Positions 38,542 to 52,863 are shown, numbered from the stretch's first letter. The stretch: DNA of 64,000 nt from Octopus sinensis (GCF_006345805.1 NC_043016.1:21018001-21082000), one strand, 5' to 3'. The notes: generated by a model from the sequence alone, not told the origin. Program-made: numbers and translations.

Positions 38542-38945
38542 GAGTGGCTGTGTGGTAAGTAGCTTGCTAACCAACCACATGGTTCCGGGTTCAGTCCCAC
38601 TGCGTGGAATCTTGGGCAAGTGTCTTCTGCTATAGCCCCGGGCCGACCAATGCCTTGTGAGTGGATTTGGTAGACGGAAACTGAAAGAAGCCTGTCGTAT
38701 ATATGTATATATATGTGTATGTGTGTGTGTGTTTGTGTGTCTGTGTTTGTCCCCCTAGCATTGCTTGACAACCGATGCTGGTGTGTTTACGTCCCCGTCA
38801 CTTAGCAGTTCGGCAAAACAGACCGATAGAATAAGTACTGGGCTTACAAAGAATAAGTCCCGGGGTCGATTTGCTCGACTAAAGGTGGTGCTCCAGCATG
38901 GCCGCAGTCAAATGACTGAAACAAGTAAAAGAGTAAAAGAGTAAA
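38542..38945 (+). mobile_element. tRNA-derived SINE family B, full length
   Basis: GAGTGGCTGTGTGGTAAG A-box-like and GGTTCAGTCCC B-box-like motifs, internal (TA/TG)n, (GTAAAAGA)n tail. Confidence 0.9.
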
Positions 38946-39366
38946 CTGAAGAATATTTGTATGGGCTTTGTCTATGCTTAGAAGGAAGGTTTTGATACTG
39001 AAGTTAAAAGAAAATAGTTGAATAGTTGCTCAGGATTTAACATATTTTAGCATAGTGTGTTCCAAACGGTTTTTATTCCAACAAATTGCTACCTATAGTA
39101 CTACGGGAACAGGCTATTATTGCTACCACTTATACAACGCAATTTGAAGTCTACATCAGTTTATCCATTCAATACAACCTACTTATATCATTTCAGTCGC
39201 AGACTAATCGTACTGGATGTAAGAGAGGCAATCAATTCCTGAAAGTTACTTTTAAAGAGATACCTCCCTTCTCCACAGAAGTCGTACTACCACGGGAAAG
39301 GGTGTTCTCTCCCTCCAGAGGCCACATTACTCATTATGTGAAAGATTTTTAAGAATCTAAAACCAT

Positions 39367-39367
<1 letters not shown>

Positions 39368-39424
<57 letters not shown>
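39368..39424. repeat. (CA)n microsatellite
   Basis: Direct inspection. Confidence 0.95.
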
Positions 39425-39427
<3 letters not shown>

Positions 39428-40199
39428 TGAGTCTCATATATAACGAGGTCAGTACCACATAGAAATCTCATGGTTATCTCGTCTTAAATTCCTTTGTTTT
39501 GGACTGAAGGACTGATAGATAAAAGGTTCTCACCAAACATCATGATTCCCTCTGGTCTGGGAACGCCTCATACCTCTAGTCTTCAAGTCACAGAAGATCG
39601 TATAATGGCACTCGAAGGTTCATGATACCTGCAGAGTATCTCCTTCTCCCATTACAATTATTTTCTGTGGTCTTAGGATCTGGAACTCGAAAGAAGAAGC
39701 TTACAAGCGGCTGCAATTCAATGGTTGTTTATTTAGTTCTCATTCATGGGGCTCGCTCCCGGCGACCATCTGTATGGCAGCGCATGGCTCGTTATAGCTC
39801 CGTTCACGTGAGGTACATTACCTCTGGAGATAATCGGGGAAATTTAGAGCAGGACAAGAATCTGCTGTGAGCTGCCAGTTTGCACTGTTGCTCAGCGTGA
39901 GCGCGAACGCAAGAGAGAGAATCACCTTAATACGCCTTCTTAAATAGATGTTGCCCATGAGAACCTCGCTGTGGTCTCGCGCATGGCAAACATGGTTGTA
40001 GGCGAGACGTCGCTTTTGTCATGCTACAATCGGCAAACTTCATGATCCCACCATTCTGCTTTCTCCCTCGCGGTGTAAGCTAGTCGCCTCGCTTCTTCTG
40101 ATAAGTGTTGTAATTCTATGTACTCACGCATGCGCGTATATATATATCATATGTATAATCATAAATATCATCATAATTTTACATCTGTTTTCCATGCTG

Positions 40200-41540
40200 G
40201 TTTGAGTTTGGCAGATTGTCATGGTCCGAGTTACCTTGTTTTGGGTGCATACTAATATTACACATCCATCGGAGCATATTTGTCTGATTTCTTTCCCACC
40301 TTCGCAAATCTATATTTGAAACTTACGTCTGACTACTGAGTAACATCGCAGTTCTAACATAAGCATCATACAATCTACCTGTTATTCGGTGGAAAAAAGA
40401 TCTTCGTTACTTCATTAACCTGGCTACTATACTTTCTGAACAACCATCTCCCTTGCTAATTATGTTACTTAGGTAACAAGAGCTCTCGACTGCTTTTAGT
40501 GAGTCAGCCTGTGATTCCAGTACAGTTGTGTGTCCTTACAATGGGTACTACACAAAGAGTTTACACCTCTTTTTATGCATTTTGAGCAAGACCATTTCCT
40601 GTATTCGTCCCTACTTGCTAAAACCTTAGTCTTTACTAAGTTCACCTTGAGGCTTCTCGGTTCTATGTTTTGCTTACAACCTGAAATTTCGCCTCTAAGT
40701 TTTCTGTAAATTTAACTATGTAAATTAGATTCAACAGCATATAAGAATTCCCACGGATAGCAACATGATGCCTATAATTTCCTGCCTCTATAGCACTTCC
40801 TTAGCACTTGTTGCAGTTTGCAATGATATTGCTACATTCGGTGTTGGATATGACAACAACCTGTATAAGCAGATTAACTATTCAAGTGATTATCATGTGT
40901 CCTACCTTTACAGATATTTTGAACATCTCAATGATTATTCCTTATGGCCCAACAGTTTTCCCCGTGTTCATGTCCATAATCACTCTGCTTAACACATTGC
41001 TGTCAATTTGAATTGCTGTTGTCTCTGTAGTCAGCCTGAAGTAGCTCCTCTTTATCCCACGTATTCTCCACATTCAACAGCCTCTTTTATTAGCTCTTCT
41101 ACACATCTTTCTCACAATTAGTAACAATGGCAAATGTGCTTTCATCATTTCTGATACACACTTCTAAATGACATGACATTTTGGTTCTCTAAGCAACAAT
41201 AATGAAGTCGCTTTTAGTCTTCGTAAAAGTAGTTTGCCGAAAGACCTCAAAGAAATGGTCTTGCTGTTGGTCTGTCAATCCTGTGAGGTGTATTAAGAAA
41301 TAAATGTGGTTGTTATAACAAGTCTCAACTTAATTCCTTTATTACAAACCCTGGTTGTTTCAGTTACTTTATCCATTTTTCAGATAATAGTATGCATACC
41401 CTAATTGTATCATAGCTTTTATTCACCCAGAAGAATTTGTATTGCTGTTTCTTGCCTGTGAGGAGTTAGATAAGGATCCTTTTCGTCTTACTTTTTGAGC
41501 AAGCACACATTCACTCATTTCCACTCCATCACGTTCACGA
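40200..41540 (-). mobile_element. Old degenerate RTE LINE
   Basis: Minus-strand remnants KFFWVNK, GKTVGP, and LKVNLVKTKV. Confidence 0.55.
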
Positions 41541-41548
41541 CCTCACTA

Positions 41549-42230
41549 TGCAGGCATGAAGTGGATTCGATCCACCATAGCCAAATTTCAAGTAACAGTT
41601 CAACAGAACTTTTCTCACAGTAAAACAATAGTTTTTCTGTGACAGCAGTTTACATGTGCCAGATGCCTTAGCTAATCAAAATGATGTCTTCGCCACTTGA
41701 CCCTTCTGACCTCTAATAAGCCACCAAAAGCTAGAATTAAGATAACAAGTGCCACCAACGAAATCTATTGTTCTCAACGATATGGCTATCTATCCTTCTG
41801 GATAGTTATAAAAACAAGAACCTCCAAGCAAAAGTCAGTTAGTGAGAACCTGAGTTAGAGAGAGTGACCATCAGTTAGTGAGCAGACCATTAGAATCATG
41901 GTCACAAGCAGGCAGCCACTAAAGACAAACGGCCAAAGGGGAAAAGGAAGTTAAAATCAGCGACTATGCGAGACAACTTCCCTCGACTCTCTCACTGTCA
42001 CTAGCTCAGCTTACTTTCTTTTCTCTGTACATGGTTTACTACTATAATAAGAACATACAGGCCGAAATTAACTTTTTTTTATCTCGCATGCTTTACGATT
42101 TTATCACCTGCCCGTTGAGGCAAGGTATTTTACAATGTAACGATAAAATAAATATTTTCTTTACAACTCTAATCACTGTACTTTCATCTTTACATAATGG
42201 AAATCAACTAACAACAAACTATTACAATTG
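41549..42230. mobile_element. Partial LTR, same family as 32944-33852
   Basis: GCAGGCATGAAGTGGATTCGATCCACCATAGCCAAATTTCAAGTAACAG identical; colinear thereafter. Confidence 0.8.
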
Positions 42231-42764
42231 GTGACGATCCTCGACTTCAACGAAGAGCCAAAACCGTTACAACCTCACCAAATCAACCTTTTATAATGCT
42301 TACATTGGTCTTGCAGCTCTGTATTTTTGGAACTGACAAGAAGAGATGTTTTCGGTGGTGATTTTGTTGGTTATTTGTCTTCTGTACCTGTAAGGAAGAA
42401 GAAAACCCGTGTGAGGTTTTCCAGTAGACAGAAGATTTCTATTCGATTATATGTTCTTACATATGTTTTGCTAGTAATAATCCAATATCTAGCGCTTTGC
42501 AACTACTGTTGTATATGCGATTTACTACTGTTCAATCTTTTGCTTCTTTTGTTTCTATTCCTTTCATTTTTTTTTTCACAAACGTTTACGTAATCCTTGA
42601 CTTTGTAGCGTAGACTCGGGTGTAGTTCCTCTCCCATTTATTAAATATACGTGCATTCGAACGTAGCAGGGAAAAGCTAGTCTTTGGCATCTATTTGGTT
42701 CACGTTGTGCCCACTACTCTGATTGGTTGGTATTGGCACAATTTCTCTCCTACTCTGTATGTAT

Positions 42765-43122
42765 GGAGGCGCAATGGCCGAGTGGTTAGGGCAGTGGTTT
42801 CGATTCCCAGACTGGGCATTGTGAGTGACTATTGAGCGAAAATACCTAAAGCTCCACGAGGTACCAGCTGGGAATGGTGGCGAACCCTGCTGTACTCTAT
42901 CGCCACAACTTACTCTCACTCTTTTTTCCTGTTTCTGTTGTACCTATATTTCAAAGGGCCAGCCTTGTCACATTCTATGTCATGCTGAATCTCTACGAAA
43001 ACTATGTTATGGGTACACGTGTCTGTGGAGTGCTCAGCCACTTACACGTTAATTTCACAAGCAGGCTGTTCCGTTGATCGGATCAACTGGAACCCTCGTC
43101 GTTGTAACCAACGGAGTATCAC
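42765..43122 (+). mobile_element. tRNA-derived SINE family C
   Basis: GGAGGCGCAATGGCCGAGTGGTTAGGGCAG head with GGTTTCGATTCC; unrelated body; runs into a microsatellite. Confidence 0.7.
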
Positions 43123-43124
43123 GA

Positions 43125-43196
43125 CATACATATAAGTATATATGTATGTGTGTGCGTGTGTGTATAAATATATATATGTATTTATTTATGCATATG

Positions 43197-43269
<73 letters not shown>

Positions 43270-43348
43270 TGTATGTATATATATGTATATATATGTGTAT
43301 ATATATGTGTGTATATATGTATATGTACATATGTATATACATATATAC

Positions 43349-43387
<39 letters not shown>

Positions 43388-43740
43388 ATATATGTATATA
43401 TATGTACATATGTATATGTATATACATATATACATTATATATATATGTATGTGTGTATATATATTTGTGTGTGTATATATATATACATATACATACATAT
43501 ATATATATACCATAGCCTCAGGCCAACCAAAGCTTTGTGAGCGGATTTCCTACATGAAAACTGAAAGAGCACTCCATGTAGGAAATATATGTGTGTATAT
43601 TGGGGGGGGGGGCGTGTGTGCGTGTTTGTATGTATGTATGTATGTATGTATGTATGTATGTATGTGTGTGTGGTGTATGTGTGTATGCATGCATGTATGT
43701 ATGCATGCATGTATGTATGCATGTATATGTATATGTATAT
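43125..43740. repeat. Compound (TA)n/(TG)n/(TATG)n field containing a SINE B fragment at ~43505-43590
   Basis: Direct inspection. Confidence 0.9.
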
Positions 43741-44453
43741 ATAATCCTTTGTCTCTCTATCAGTTCCCAATGTTGCATTTTCAAATGGCTCAACCAAATC
43801 AAATAAAATTTTAGATGGTAATGCCAGCACACCTCGCGAGTGTCAACATATAATTTAAAACAATGTAACATTGACAGTAGTTCCGTATTACATCTTAAAG
43901 CTCGAAGAATAAAAGTGAAGGAATAACATCTATATTGTAATGTGATATACTGTTTCACTTCCATACTTTTACCTTTAATTGTAGCCACCACGATGACAAT
44001 GTTATGTTCCACTTTTATACTTTTGCTTTTAATTGTAACCTCCACCATGACGTATGTGAGTGTATGACTGTGTATATATCTCACAGTGTGTGTGTGTCTT
44101 TTCACGTTAGGTACGTTATTAAACATACCATGTTTCGGTTTTATGCTTTTATTTTTAATTATAACCACGACTACGACGACAACGACATTACATTTTGTAT
44201 ATGACTGTGTATCTATCTGTGAATGTATGTGTGTTAGTGTGTGTGTGAAAATGTCTCACAATGGGTGTGTCTTTCCACGTTAGGTACGTTATTAAACACA
44301 CTATATGTATGCGAGGACTGGTCAGTGTCAATGAAATTTTATTTTCCTTTCGATTAAAGCAATATAACATTTGAGAGAGATAGTCTTTCTATTTACGGAG
44401 ATTTTCTTGCATAGCATGTGACCTGATCTGAGATCGTATGCTCTGAACATAGA

Positions 44454-45104
44454 TGTAGTGGTTTCATGCAGACATAGCATGGATTCGATCCTCGATAGCA
44501 AAATTTCACTTAACAGATCAACAGTGCTTTTCTCATGGTAAAACAATAGTTTTTCTGTGACAGCAGTTACATTTACCAGATGCCTTCGCTAAGCAGGATT
44601 ATGTCTTTGTAACTTAACCCTTCTAACCTCTACTAGGCTACCAAAAGCTAGAATAGAGATAGCAAACTGCCAACGAAATCTATTGTTCTCAACAATATGT
44701 ATATCCTTCTGGCTGATTTTGGATAGTTATAAAAACAAGAACTCCGTAAGACAAAATCAGTTAGTGAGAACCGAGTATGGCTGACCAGCTGAACAAAACG
44801 CTGTCTCTGAAAGAAAAGGCACAAGGAGACAGCTTTGGTAACGCACCATCGAAGCAGCTGTTTCGTTCCACCCCTCTCACTTTCACTAACTCATTATCTT
44901 TTCTCTGTAACATTACCACATCTCTCTATATATACTACTGTGAGATCGTGTACATACATATACAAGCTGAAATTAACTTTCTTTACCGTGCATGCTTAAC
45001 GAACTGTGTTATGCTATTACACTAGCCTATCCATCGTGAACAGTAAATAAATAAATACTTCTTTACAACTTTGATCACTGTTCTTTCATCTTTGACATCT
45101 TACA
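44454..45104. mobile_element. Truncated LTR, same family as 32944-33852
   Basis: Starts TGTAGTG like the 32944 copy and is colinear; no matching TSD seen. Confidence 0.75.
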
Positions 45105-45131
45105 ACATGCCGTTGCAATAAATCTTTGCTG

Positions 45132-45164
<33 letters not shown>

Positions 45165-45301
45165 AAACCTTTGATGGAATAACAGTTATATATAGAATTG
45201 AACACACACATATCAGTACATAAACATACATGCAGACACGTCAACACACATATATAAATGCTCACATACATACAGTGGCAGACTGGGACTAAGTCCACCA
45301 C

Positions 45302-45302
<1 letters not shown>

Positions 45303-45333
<31 letters not shown>

Positions 45334-45440
45334 TGTATGTATGTATGTATGTATGTATGTATGTATGTATGTATGTATGTATGTATGTACGTACGTACGT
45401 ACGTACGTACGTATGTATGTATGTATGTATGTATGTATGT
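45303..45440. repeat. (TATG)n/(TACG)n microsatellite
   Basis: Direct inspection. Confidence 0.95.
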
Positions 45441-45960
45441 AGCCAGGAGACTAAGAGGGCCCACCTGCAACTACATTGCTATCGTTTATTTATTTATTTT
45501 TTTCTGTTAAAAGTATTATTTTCAACTGTCTACAAACACATCCAGGCTGAAATAATGCATTCTTCCAGAAGTGAATTAAAAAATTCTCAAACTTGAGGGG
45601 ATGGGCCCCTTAGATACTAAAATGGGCGCTCATATATGGATTTTAATGGCTCAGGTGCCCACTTACCATCAGGCAAGCTGGCAACCTTGACAGTCTGCCA
45701 CTGCATACATACGTATATGCGTATATGCATGCACATTTACATATATACATACTTATATATCATGAACTAACTGTTATTTTTTCAGATGCAGCACAAAATT
45801 TTGTCAGTGAACAGGTTGCGGTTTCAAAGTAACAAAAATATTTTGACACAAAGGAAATTTAAATGTTGAAGTGAAACTAACGGTTTTTGTGTGTTCTTGA
45901 ATGGCTTACAAAAATCTTCAATGCTGCAATCTTTCTATTGTCAACAGGACATTTTATACC

Positions 45961-46192
45961 TATTTCTTTACTACCCACAAGGGGCTAAACACAGAGGGGA
46001 CAAACAAGGACAGACAAACGGATTAAGTCGATTACATCGACCTCAGTGCGTAACTGGTACTTAATTTATCGACCCCGAAAGGATGAAAGGCAAAGTCGAC
46101 CTCGGCGGAATTTGAAATCAGAACGTAACGGCAGACGAAATACAGCTACGCATTTCGTCCGGCATGCTAACGTTTCTGCCAGCTCGCCGCCT
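45961..46192 (-). mobile_element. SINE family A
   Basis: Reverse complement of 6157-6377; 22-bp TSD TGTCAACAGGACATTTTATACC at 45939-45960 and 46196-46217. Confidence 0.9.
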
Positions 46193-46919
46193 TAATGTCA
46201 ACAGGACATTTTATACCACGACGACAACAACATCACATTTTGTATATGACTGTGTATCTGTTTGTGAGTGTACATGTGTAAGTGTATGTCTCATAGTGTG
46301 TGTATGTCTTCCCGTCTTTGGTACATTAATAAACACACACATCTACACATAAATATACATATACTTTATTAAATATACTTTACTGAACACACACATCTAC
46401 ACATACATATACATATGTGACAACTGATGACAACGTCACATTTTGTATATGATTGTGTATCTGTCTGTGAATGTATGTGTGTGAGTATATGAGTGTGCAT
46501 ATGTTTCACAGTGTGTGTATCTTTCTGTGTTAGGTATGTTATCAAACATACTATCCGTATGTGAGGGCTGGTCAGTGTCAATACGAAATTATATTTTTAT
46601 TTTCATTATTTTCATTTCGATTAAAACAATATAACATTTCCTAGAGATAATCTTTCTATTGTCAACAGGACATTTTATAACATGACAACATCACATTTTG
46701 TATATGACTGTGTATCTCTCTGTGAGTGCATGTGTGTTAGTGTATGAGTATGTATATGTCTCAGTGTGTGTGTCATTCCGCGATAGGTGCGTTATTAAAT
46801 GTATACACATCTATAACATATACATATGTAACGGTACATTATTTAACACACATCTACACGTACATATATATATATGACAACTAACATGTGTAAATGTATG
46901 TCAGTGTGTATCTATCTTG

Positions 46920-48310
46920 CAATATGTATGTGAGGGCTGGTCAGTGTCAATACAAAATTCTGTCTTACTATATGTATGTGAGGGCTGATCAGTGTCAATA
47001 CAAAATTCTGTCTTACTATATGTATGTGAGGGCTGGTCAGTGTCAATACAAAATTCTGTCTTACTATATGTATGTGAGGGCTGGTCAGTGTCAATACAAA
47101 ATTCTGTCGTACTATATGTATGTGAGGGCTGGTCAGTGTCAATACAAAATTCTGTCTTATTATATGTATGTGAGGGCTGGTCAGTGTCAATACAAAATTC
47201 TGTCTTCCTATATGTATGTGAGGGCTGGTCAGTGTCAATACAAAATTCTGTCTTACTATATGTATGTGAGGGCTGATCAGTGTCAATACAAAATTCTGTC
47301 TTACTATATGTATGTGAGGGCTGGTCAGTGTCAATACAAAATTCTGTCTTACTATATGTATGTGAGGGCTGGTCAGTGTCAATACAAAATTCTGTCGTAC
47401 TATATGTATGTGAGGGCTGGTCAGTGTCAATACAAAATTCTGTCGTACTATATGTATGTGAGGGCTGGTCAGTGTCAATACAAAATTCTGTCGTACTATA
47501 TGTATGTGAGGGCTGGTCAGTGTCAATACAAAATTCTGTCTTACTATATGTATGTGAGGGCTGGTCAGTGTCAATACAAAATTCTGTCTTACTATATGTA
47601 TGTGAGGGCTGGTCAGTGTCAATACAAAATTCTGTCGTACTATATGTATGTGAGGGCTGGTCAGTGTCAATACAAAATTCTGTCGTACTATATGTATGTG
47701 AGGGCTGGTCAGTGTCAATACAAAATTCTGTCTTACTATATGTATGTGAGGGCTGGTCAGTGTCAATACAAAATTCTGTCTTACTATATGTATGTGAGGG
47801 CTGGTCAGTGTCAATACAAAATTCTGTCATACTATATGTATGTGAGGGCTGGTCAGTGTCAATACAAAATTCTGTCTTATTATATGTATGTGAGGGCTGG
47901 TCAGTGTCAATACAAAATTCTGTCGTACTATATGTATGTGAGGGCTGGTCAGTGTCAATACAAAATTCTGTCTTACTATATGTATGTGAGGGCTGGTCAG
48001 TGTCAATACAAAATTCTGTCTTACTATATGTATGTGAGGGCTGGTCAGTGTCAATACAAAACTCTGTCTTATTATATGTATGTGAGGGATGGTCAGTGTC
48101 AATACAAAATTCTGTCGTACTATATGTATGTGAGGGCTGGTCAGTGTCAATACAAAATTCTGTCTTACTATATGTATGTGAGGGCTGGTCAGTGTCAATA
48201 CAAAATTCTGTCGTACTATATGTATGTGAGGGCTGGTCAGTGTCAATACAAAATTCTGTCTTACTATATGTATGTGAGGGCTGGTCAGTGTCAATACGAA
48301 ATTTTAAAAC
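46920..48310. repeat. 48-bp minisatellite, about 29 copies
   Basis: Unit TATATGTATGTGAGGGCTGGTCAGTGTCAATACAAAATTCTGTC(T/G)TAC. Confidence 0.97.
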
Positions 48311-49199
48311 AATATAACATTTCATAGACATAAAGAGCAAAATAGGGGCGAAAGAAATCTGAGTAGCTGTTACAGCATGGGGAAAGAGATGAGACAATTT
48401 CAGTGTCGAAAGGTTCTAAGGGGTAGCAACTAAGTAAACTCTAGTTTCTATGAACAGCACATGCACGGTTGCGTGTGTGTGTGCATGTACGTATATGCAT
48501 TAGCATACCTATCTATGCACATATGTATAAAGTATACATAATAAATAAACACACATAATCATGTGCATACATGTGCATGTGTAGATGCACACACATGTGT
48601 GCATTCCCACATACCACAAGTATATAAATTGTCAGACTATTTACATTAAGCAAATCAAAATAAGCTGAGAGGAAAAATTGGAAGAAAATATCTTTTCAGA
48701 AACAATCGCATCAAGAAACATAGTAACACAAAGACAAACACACAAACATGCAGTAAAGCAAGAAAAAAAGAATGGATAAACATATATCCAAATAGGCTGT
48801 TAGGCATGCAACCAAAACAAACAATATGTACAGGCTAAATTTTTCGAAGAAAATGTTAACAGTGACCTTGTAGTATCGAATGATAATTCCATTTAATGCC
48901 AACTGCTTTTCATATGTAGTTTCACTTAAAAACAAACATCAATATAACAGCTTCGTTGCAAAGTGACAAGCTGTTAGAATCATTAGCATGCTGGATAAAA
49001 TGCTTAGCAGCATTTCATCCATCATTATGTTCTAGGTTCAAATCTCTTTAGAGTTAATAAAATAAGCACCAGTTATGCACACTCACCTCGAAATTGCTAG
49101 TCTTGTGCCAAAATTTGAAACCAATATAATAGCTGTTCTGATGTGAATGCTTTCTTAACACTGATAGAAAATTTGAAAAGATGCATCAAAATCATATGC

Positions 49200-50745
49200 T
49201 TTACCACTAAGAATATACTGAAGAAACATTACCTGAAGATACTCCTGCAAATAACCAGGACCTTGATGGAAAATTTGCCATTTTGAAAATGACAAACGGG
49301 ACAAAAATTCCAGTAACAAGTAAGGATTTATGACAGTCAAATGTCCACTACCTAACCCATTATTACAATCTTTCAAAGATGAACCATTTGCAAGATCAAG
49401 AACATAAGATTTAACAACTGGATGAATACCCCATAAAATGAGGTAAAGTAGAAAATGGACTACATCAAAAATGCCACACATTTGTCTGTAAAATCAGATG
49501 ACAAGCAACGTCTAGCAAAGTCAAACTTCTTACAATCACCTTCTTCCTAGCTCAGTCTCTAGCACATATAAAAAACAAAACAAAACATGACATGTCTTTA
49601 AAACAACATCAACATAACAGAAAAATGAAACCTCTGACTTAAAAATTCAAGACAGAACAGATAACTTAACATCCAACTTCTGATATATCACTATGAAAGA
49701 TCACAAACCCAATTTCAATAACAATCTGTCAGGTTAATAAACTCCAAAATTGGACTTCCATTAACCAGAAAATCATTGGTACATTCATATCCAAAATAAA
49801 AGCATGGTCAGTGCTACATCTCTAGTGTAACACTTATACTGTAATTGGTTGACTTAAATAGATCCCAAGTAACACACATTTTGCTACTTTTCCCAGTTTG
49901 ACATTAAGAACTATGACATTACAATTTCAAGATGATTATCAATATTTACAACAGCTTAGAGCTTGGCCAAATTAATCATAACAAAGATACAAAAAGTGAA
50001 ATACTATTGCAAGCCAGGAAATTCCTTCTTTTTCACAATGATTCATACTGGATTAAGAAAAACACCAAAGAACCATTTGATGTCAGCATGGGTTCAAATG
50101 GCTTAGTAGATGTTAATAACATTGTTAACCGATACATATTATCAGCACTACATATCAAATTCTTCTTCATTTTAGATGGTCTCTATAGAGATAATGGTTT
50201 ACTCTGGGCATGGGCAACCTTTTTCAAGAAGCTGGCTGCATGAGACATAACTGCTCATCGTTTGTTAGATGTGTCTTCCAGAAAGTCCCATGAGCCACAG
50301 GTTAACCATGACTGGTCTACTCAGAAACTTCAATGCACAGATTTAGAAAAGAATAATTCTCATAATATAATTAAGAACTTCATCAAGAACATCACACTAA
50401 TACTTTCTTCTTTAACATCCACTGAATCAATATTGAATGAAAGTACAACACCATTCAATGAAGTATTGTACAACAGTTACATAGATAAAGTCAAACACAA
50501 AAATAAAATAACAGCAACAATAAACTAAACCAAGGAAAGAAAAAGTATCTGGTTCAATCGCCCATCAGCACACAAGTCTCCAAACCAATAGCCAGCCTAT
50601 TCTTTAAAATCTTTCAAAAGCATTTCCACTCCAATCACAAGTACCACAAATTGATAAATAAGCACAGTATAAAAATATCATATTCCACAACAAGTAACTT
50701 TGTAAGAAGTATAGCTAATCATATAACCACTAACAACTACTATAA
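49200..50745 (+). mobile_element. Degenerate Penelope-like element (RT region)
   Basis: KEPFDVSMGS, GLYRDNGL, IWFN.P, KHF...HKYHKLINK..IKISYST. Confidence 0.7.
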
Positions 50746-51524
50746 TATTAAAACCAAAACTATACACCTAGCACTTCTACTCAAAACTTCAATATCCCTT
50801 CATCCTATTCTCTAAACAAAAACTGTCTCATGGAGTAACACTATAGCATAACATGTAGCAGGATGCACAGCTACACACATGTGCACACATGCACACACAG
50901 AGTTCAAAACAAAACACCATCAACATATGCACATTTTGCAACTCAAAAGGGAAAAACAACAACACTTCACTATGTAAATAAAACAAATCTGAAAATATCT
51001 CATTTCACATTGATAGGAAAATATTGTCATATGCACAACCATACCAAGTAAACAGAAGCATCTTGCTGACTCAGTAGTGCTGAACTACAGGAAATTTTAT
51101 CATCTAAGCCCCAACCACTAAACCACAACTCTCTCTTCCTGCAAACACAAAAATCTTTAAACATTTAAATCACTTTAAACTCCAATAGTTAAACATACTA
51201 ATTACTTCCCCAATTCCTTCTCCATGAGCAATCTTAAATATAAAAATCAGCTTACACCTATTAACAACTAACACTTCAGCTTTCCCCTCATTTTTCTACA
51301 CCCACAATACTTATTTGCAATCTATAATGATTCTACATTGCTATGTATCTATATTAAGTAATTTATATAGGAATGAAGTTCTACAAATACATACCATGTA
51401 CAGTTCTGTATACACCCTTTTATATTAACCTTTAATAAGAAATTAAGTTATACATGTAAAACTTCACATGCTCAAGAGCTAGGGATACACATATATGCTC
51501 AATATCTATAAGCATATGGATGTA

Positions 51525-52813
51525 CGAGGGGCGTTCAATAAGTAATGCCCCTGACCCACTTCTCATAGCAGTAGAGCAACGAAACTTGGTACAGGTATTA
51601 GTCTTTTTCTACATAGGAAGAACCCAGAGTTACACATTTCTCCCATCGTTTGATGCAGTTCTGGAGACCGTTTTCGTAGAAGACCCCAGCTTGGTCCTCC
51701 AACTACGACGTGACTTCAGAAATCAAGGCTGCATCATCTGGGAAACGCTTTCCTTTCATAAACAACTTCATGGCTGGGAAGAGGTGAAAATCAGAGGGTG
51801 CAAGGTCAAGAGAGTAGGGGGATGGGGGAAGAGTTCATATCCGCACGCCTGTGCTTCTGATCTGGCGACACGCGAGTTGTGGACCGGAGCGTTGTCCTGC
51901 AGGAGGAGGATGCCTTTGCTAATCTTGCCCCGCCTCTTGGTTTCGATAGCTTCTCTTAATTTCCTCAAAAGTGAAACATGATAGGCTCCTGTAATTGTGG
52001 TACCCTTTGCCAGGAAATCTGTCATCACTACTCCGTCCTGGTCCCAGAAGACTGTGAGCATGACCTTGCCAGCGGAGGGCTGCACCCTTGCCTTCTTTGG
52101 AGGAAGTGAGTCATGGTGCTTCCACTGCATTGACTGGGCTTTGGTCTCTGGATCATAGTGATGGACCCAGGTCTCATCCTGTGTAATCAGTCTTTTGAAA
52201 AATTTTGACTCATCTTCTTGGCACATCCCTAAATTCTTGCTTCTGGAATTCTTGCGTTCTTGCTTCTGGAAAAGTGTGAGCAACCTGGAAATCCATCTGG
52301 CAGACACCTTTTGCATATGCAAGTGGTCATGAATGATAGTTTCCACAGACCCGGTACTAATCTTGACCTCATGAGCTATTTGGCGAATAGTTATGCGTCG
52401 ATCTTCCAAAATGGCAGCCTCAATTTGACGGACAGATACCTCATCAATGGCAGAAGGGGTGCGACCAGATCGGGAGCTGTTTCCACAGAGTTCCGACCAT
52501 GTTTGAATTCACGATGCCAGCGTTACAAGGTCATATGATGGGGCATCATCACCATAAGTTACTTTCATTTCATTAAAAGTCTTCTGTGGTGTGCGTCATT
52601 TCAAATACAAAAACCGGATCACTGCTCGACACTCAACATGCTCCATTTCCAACTTGACTCATTTCAAACACCTGTAAATCAGAAACCACAATTAGTTCGG
52701 AGCTGTAATTTGCCACTTAATCTATAGAGATATCAATAATTGCACATGCAAAATTTCAGCTAGATCAAACAAAGGCAAGTGGGTCAGAGGCATTACTTAT
52801 TGAACGCCCCTCG
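51525..52813 (-). mobile_element. Full-length mariner transposon (1289 bp)
   Basis: ~35-bp TIRs CGAGGGGCGTTCAATAAGTAATGCC(C)CTGACCCACT; TA TSD at both ends. Confidence 0.95.
51598..52646 (-). pseudogene. Mariner D,D34D transposase with an early stop and frameshifts
   Basis: MEHVECRAVIRFLYLK*; ITQDETWVHHYDPETKAQSMQW; LLQDNAPVH; HPP|YSPDLAPSDF across a frameshift. Confidence 0.92.
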
Positions 52814-52863
52814 TATCTAGCTGTATGTCACCATATATATATATATACTTATATTTAGATATA

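Noticed and set aside
46920-48310. CRISPR-like array
   Set aside because: Contiguous tandem units with no unique spacers, in eukaryotic DNA with no cas genes
46894-48397. Long ORFs (477, 498, 345 and 300 aa) with 16-aa repeats
   Set aside because: They are by-products of a stop-free 48-bp unit that is open in several frames on both strands; there is no unique coding flank or splice evidence
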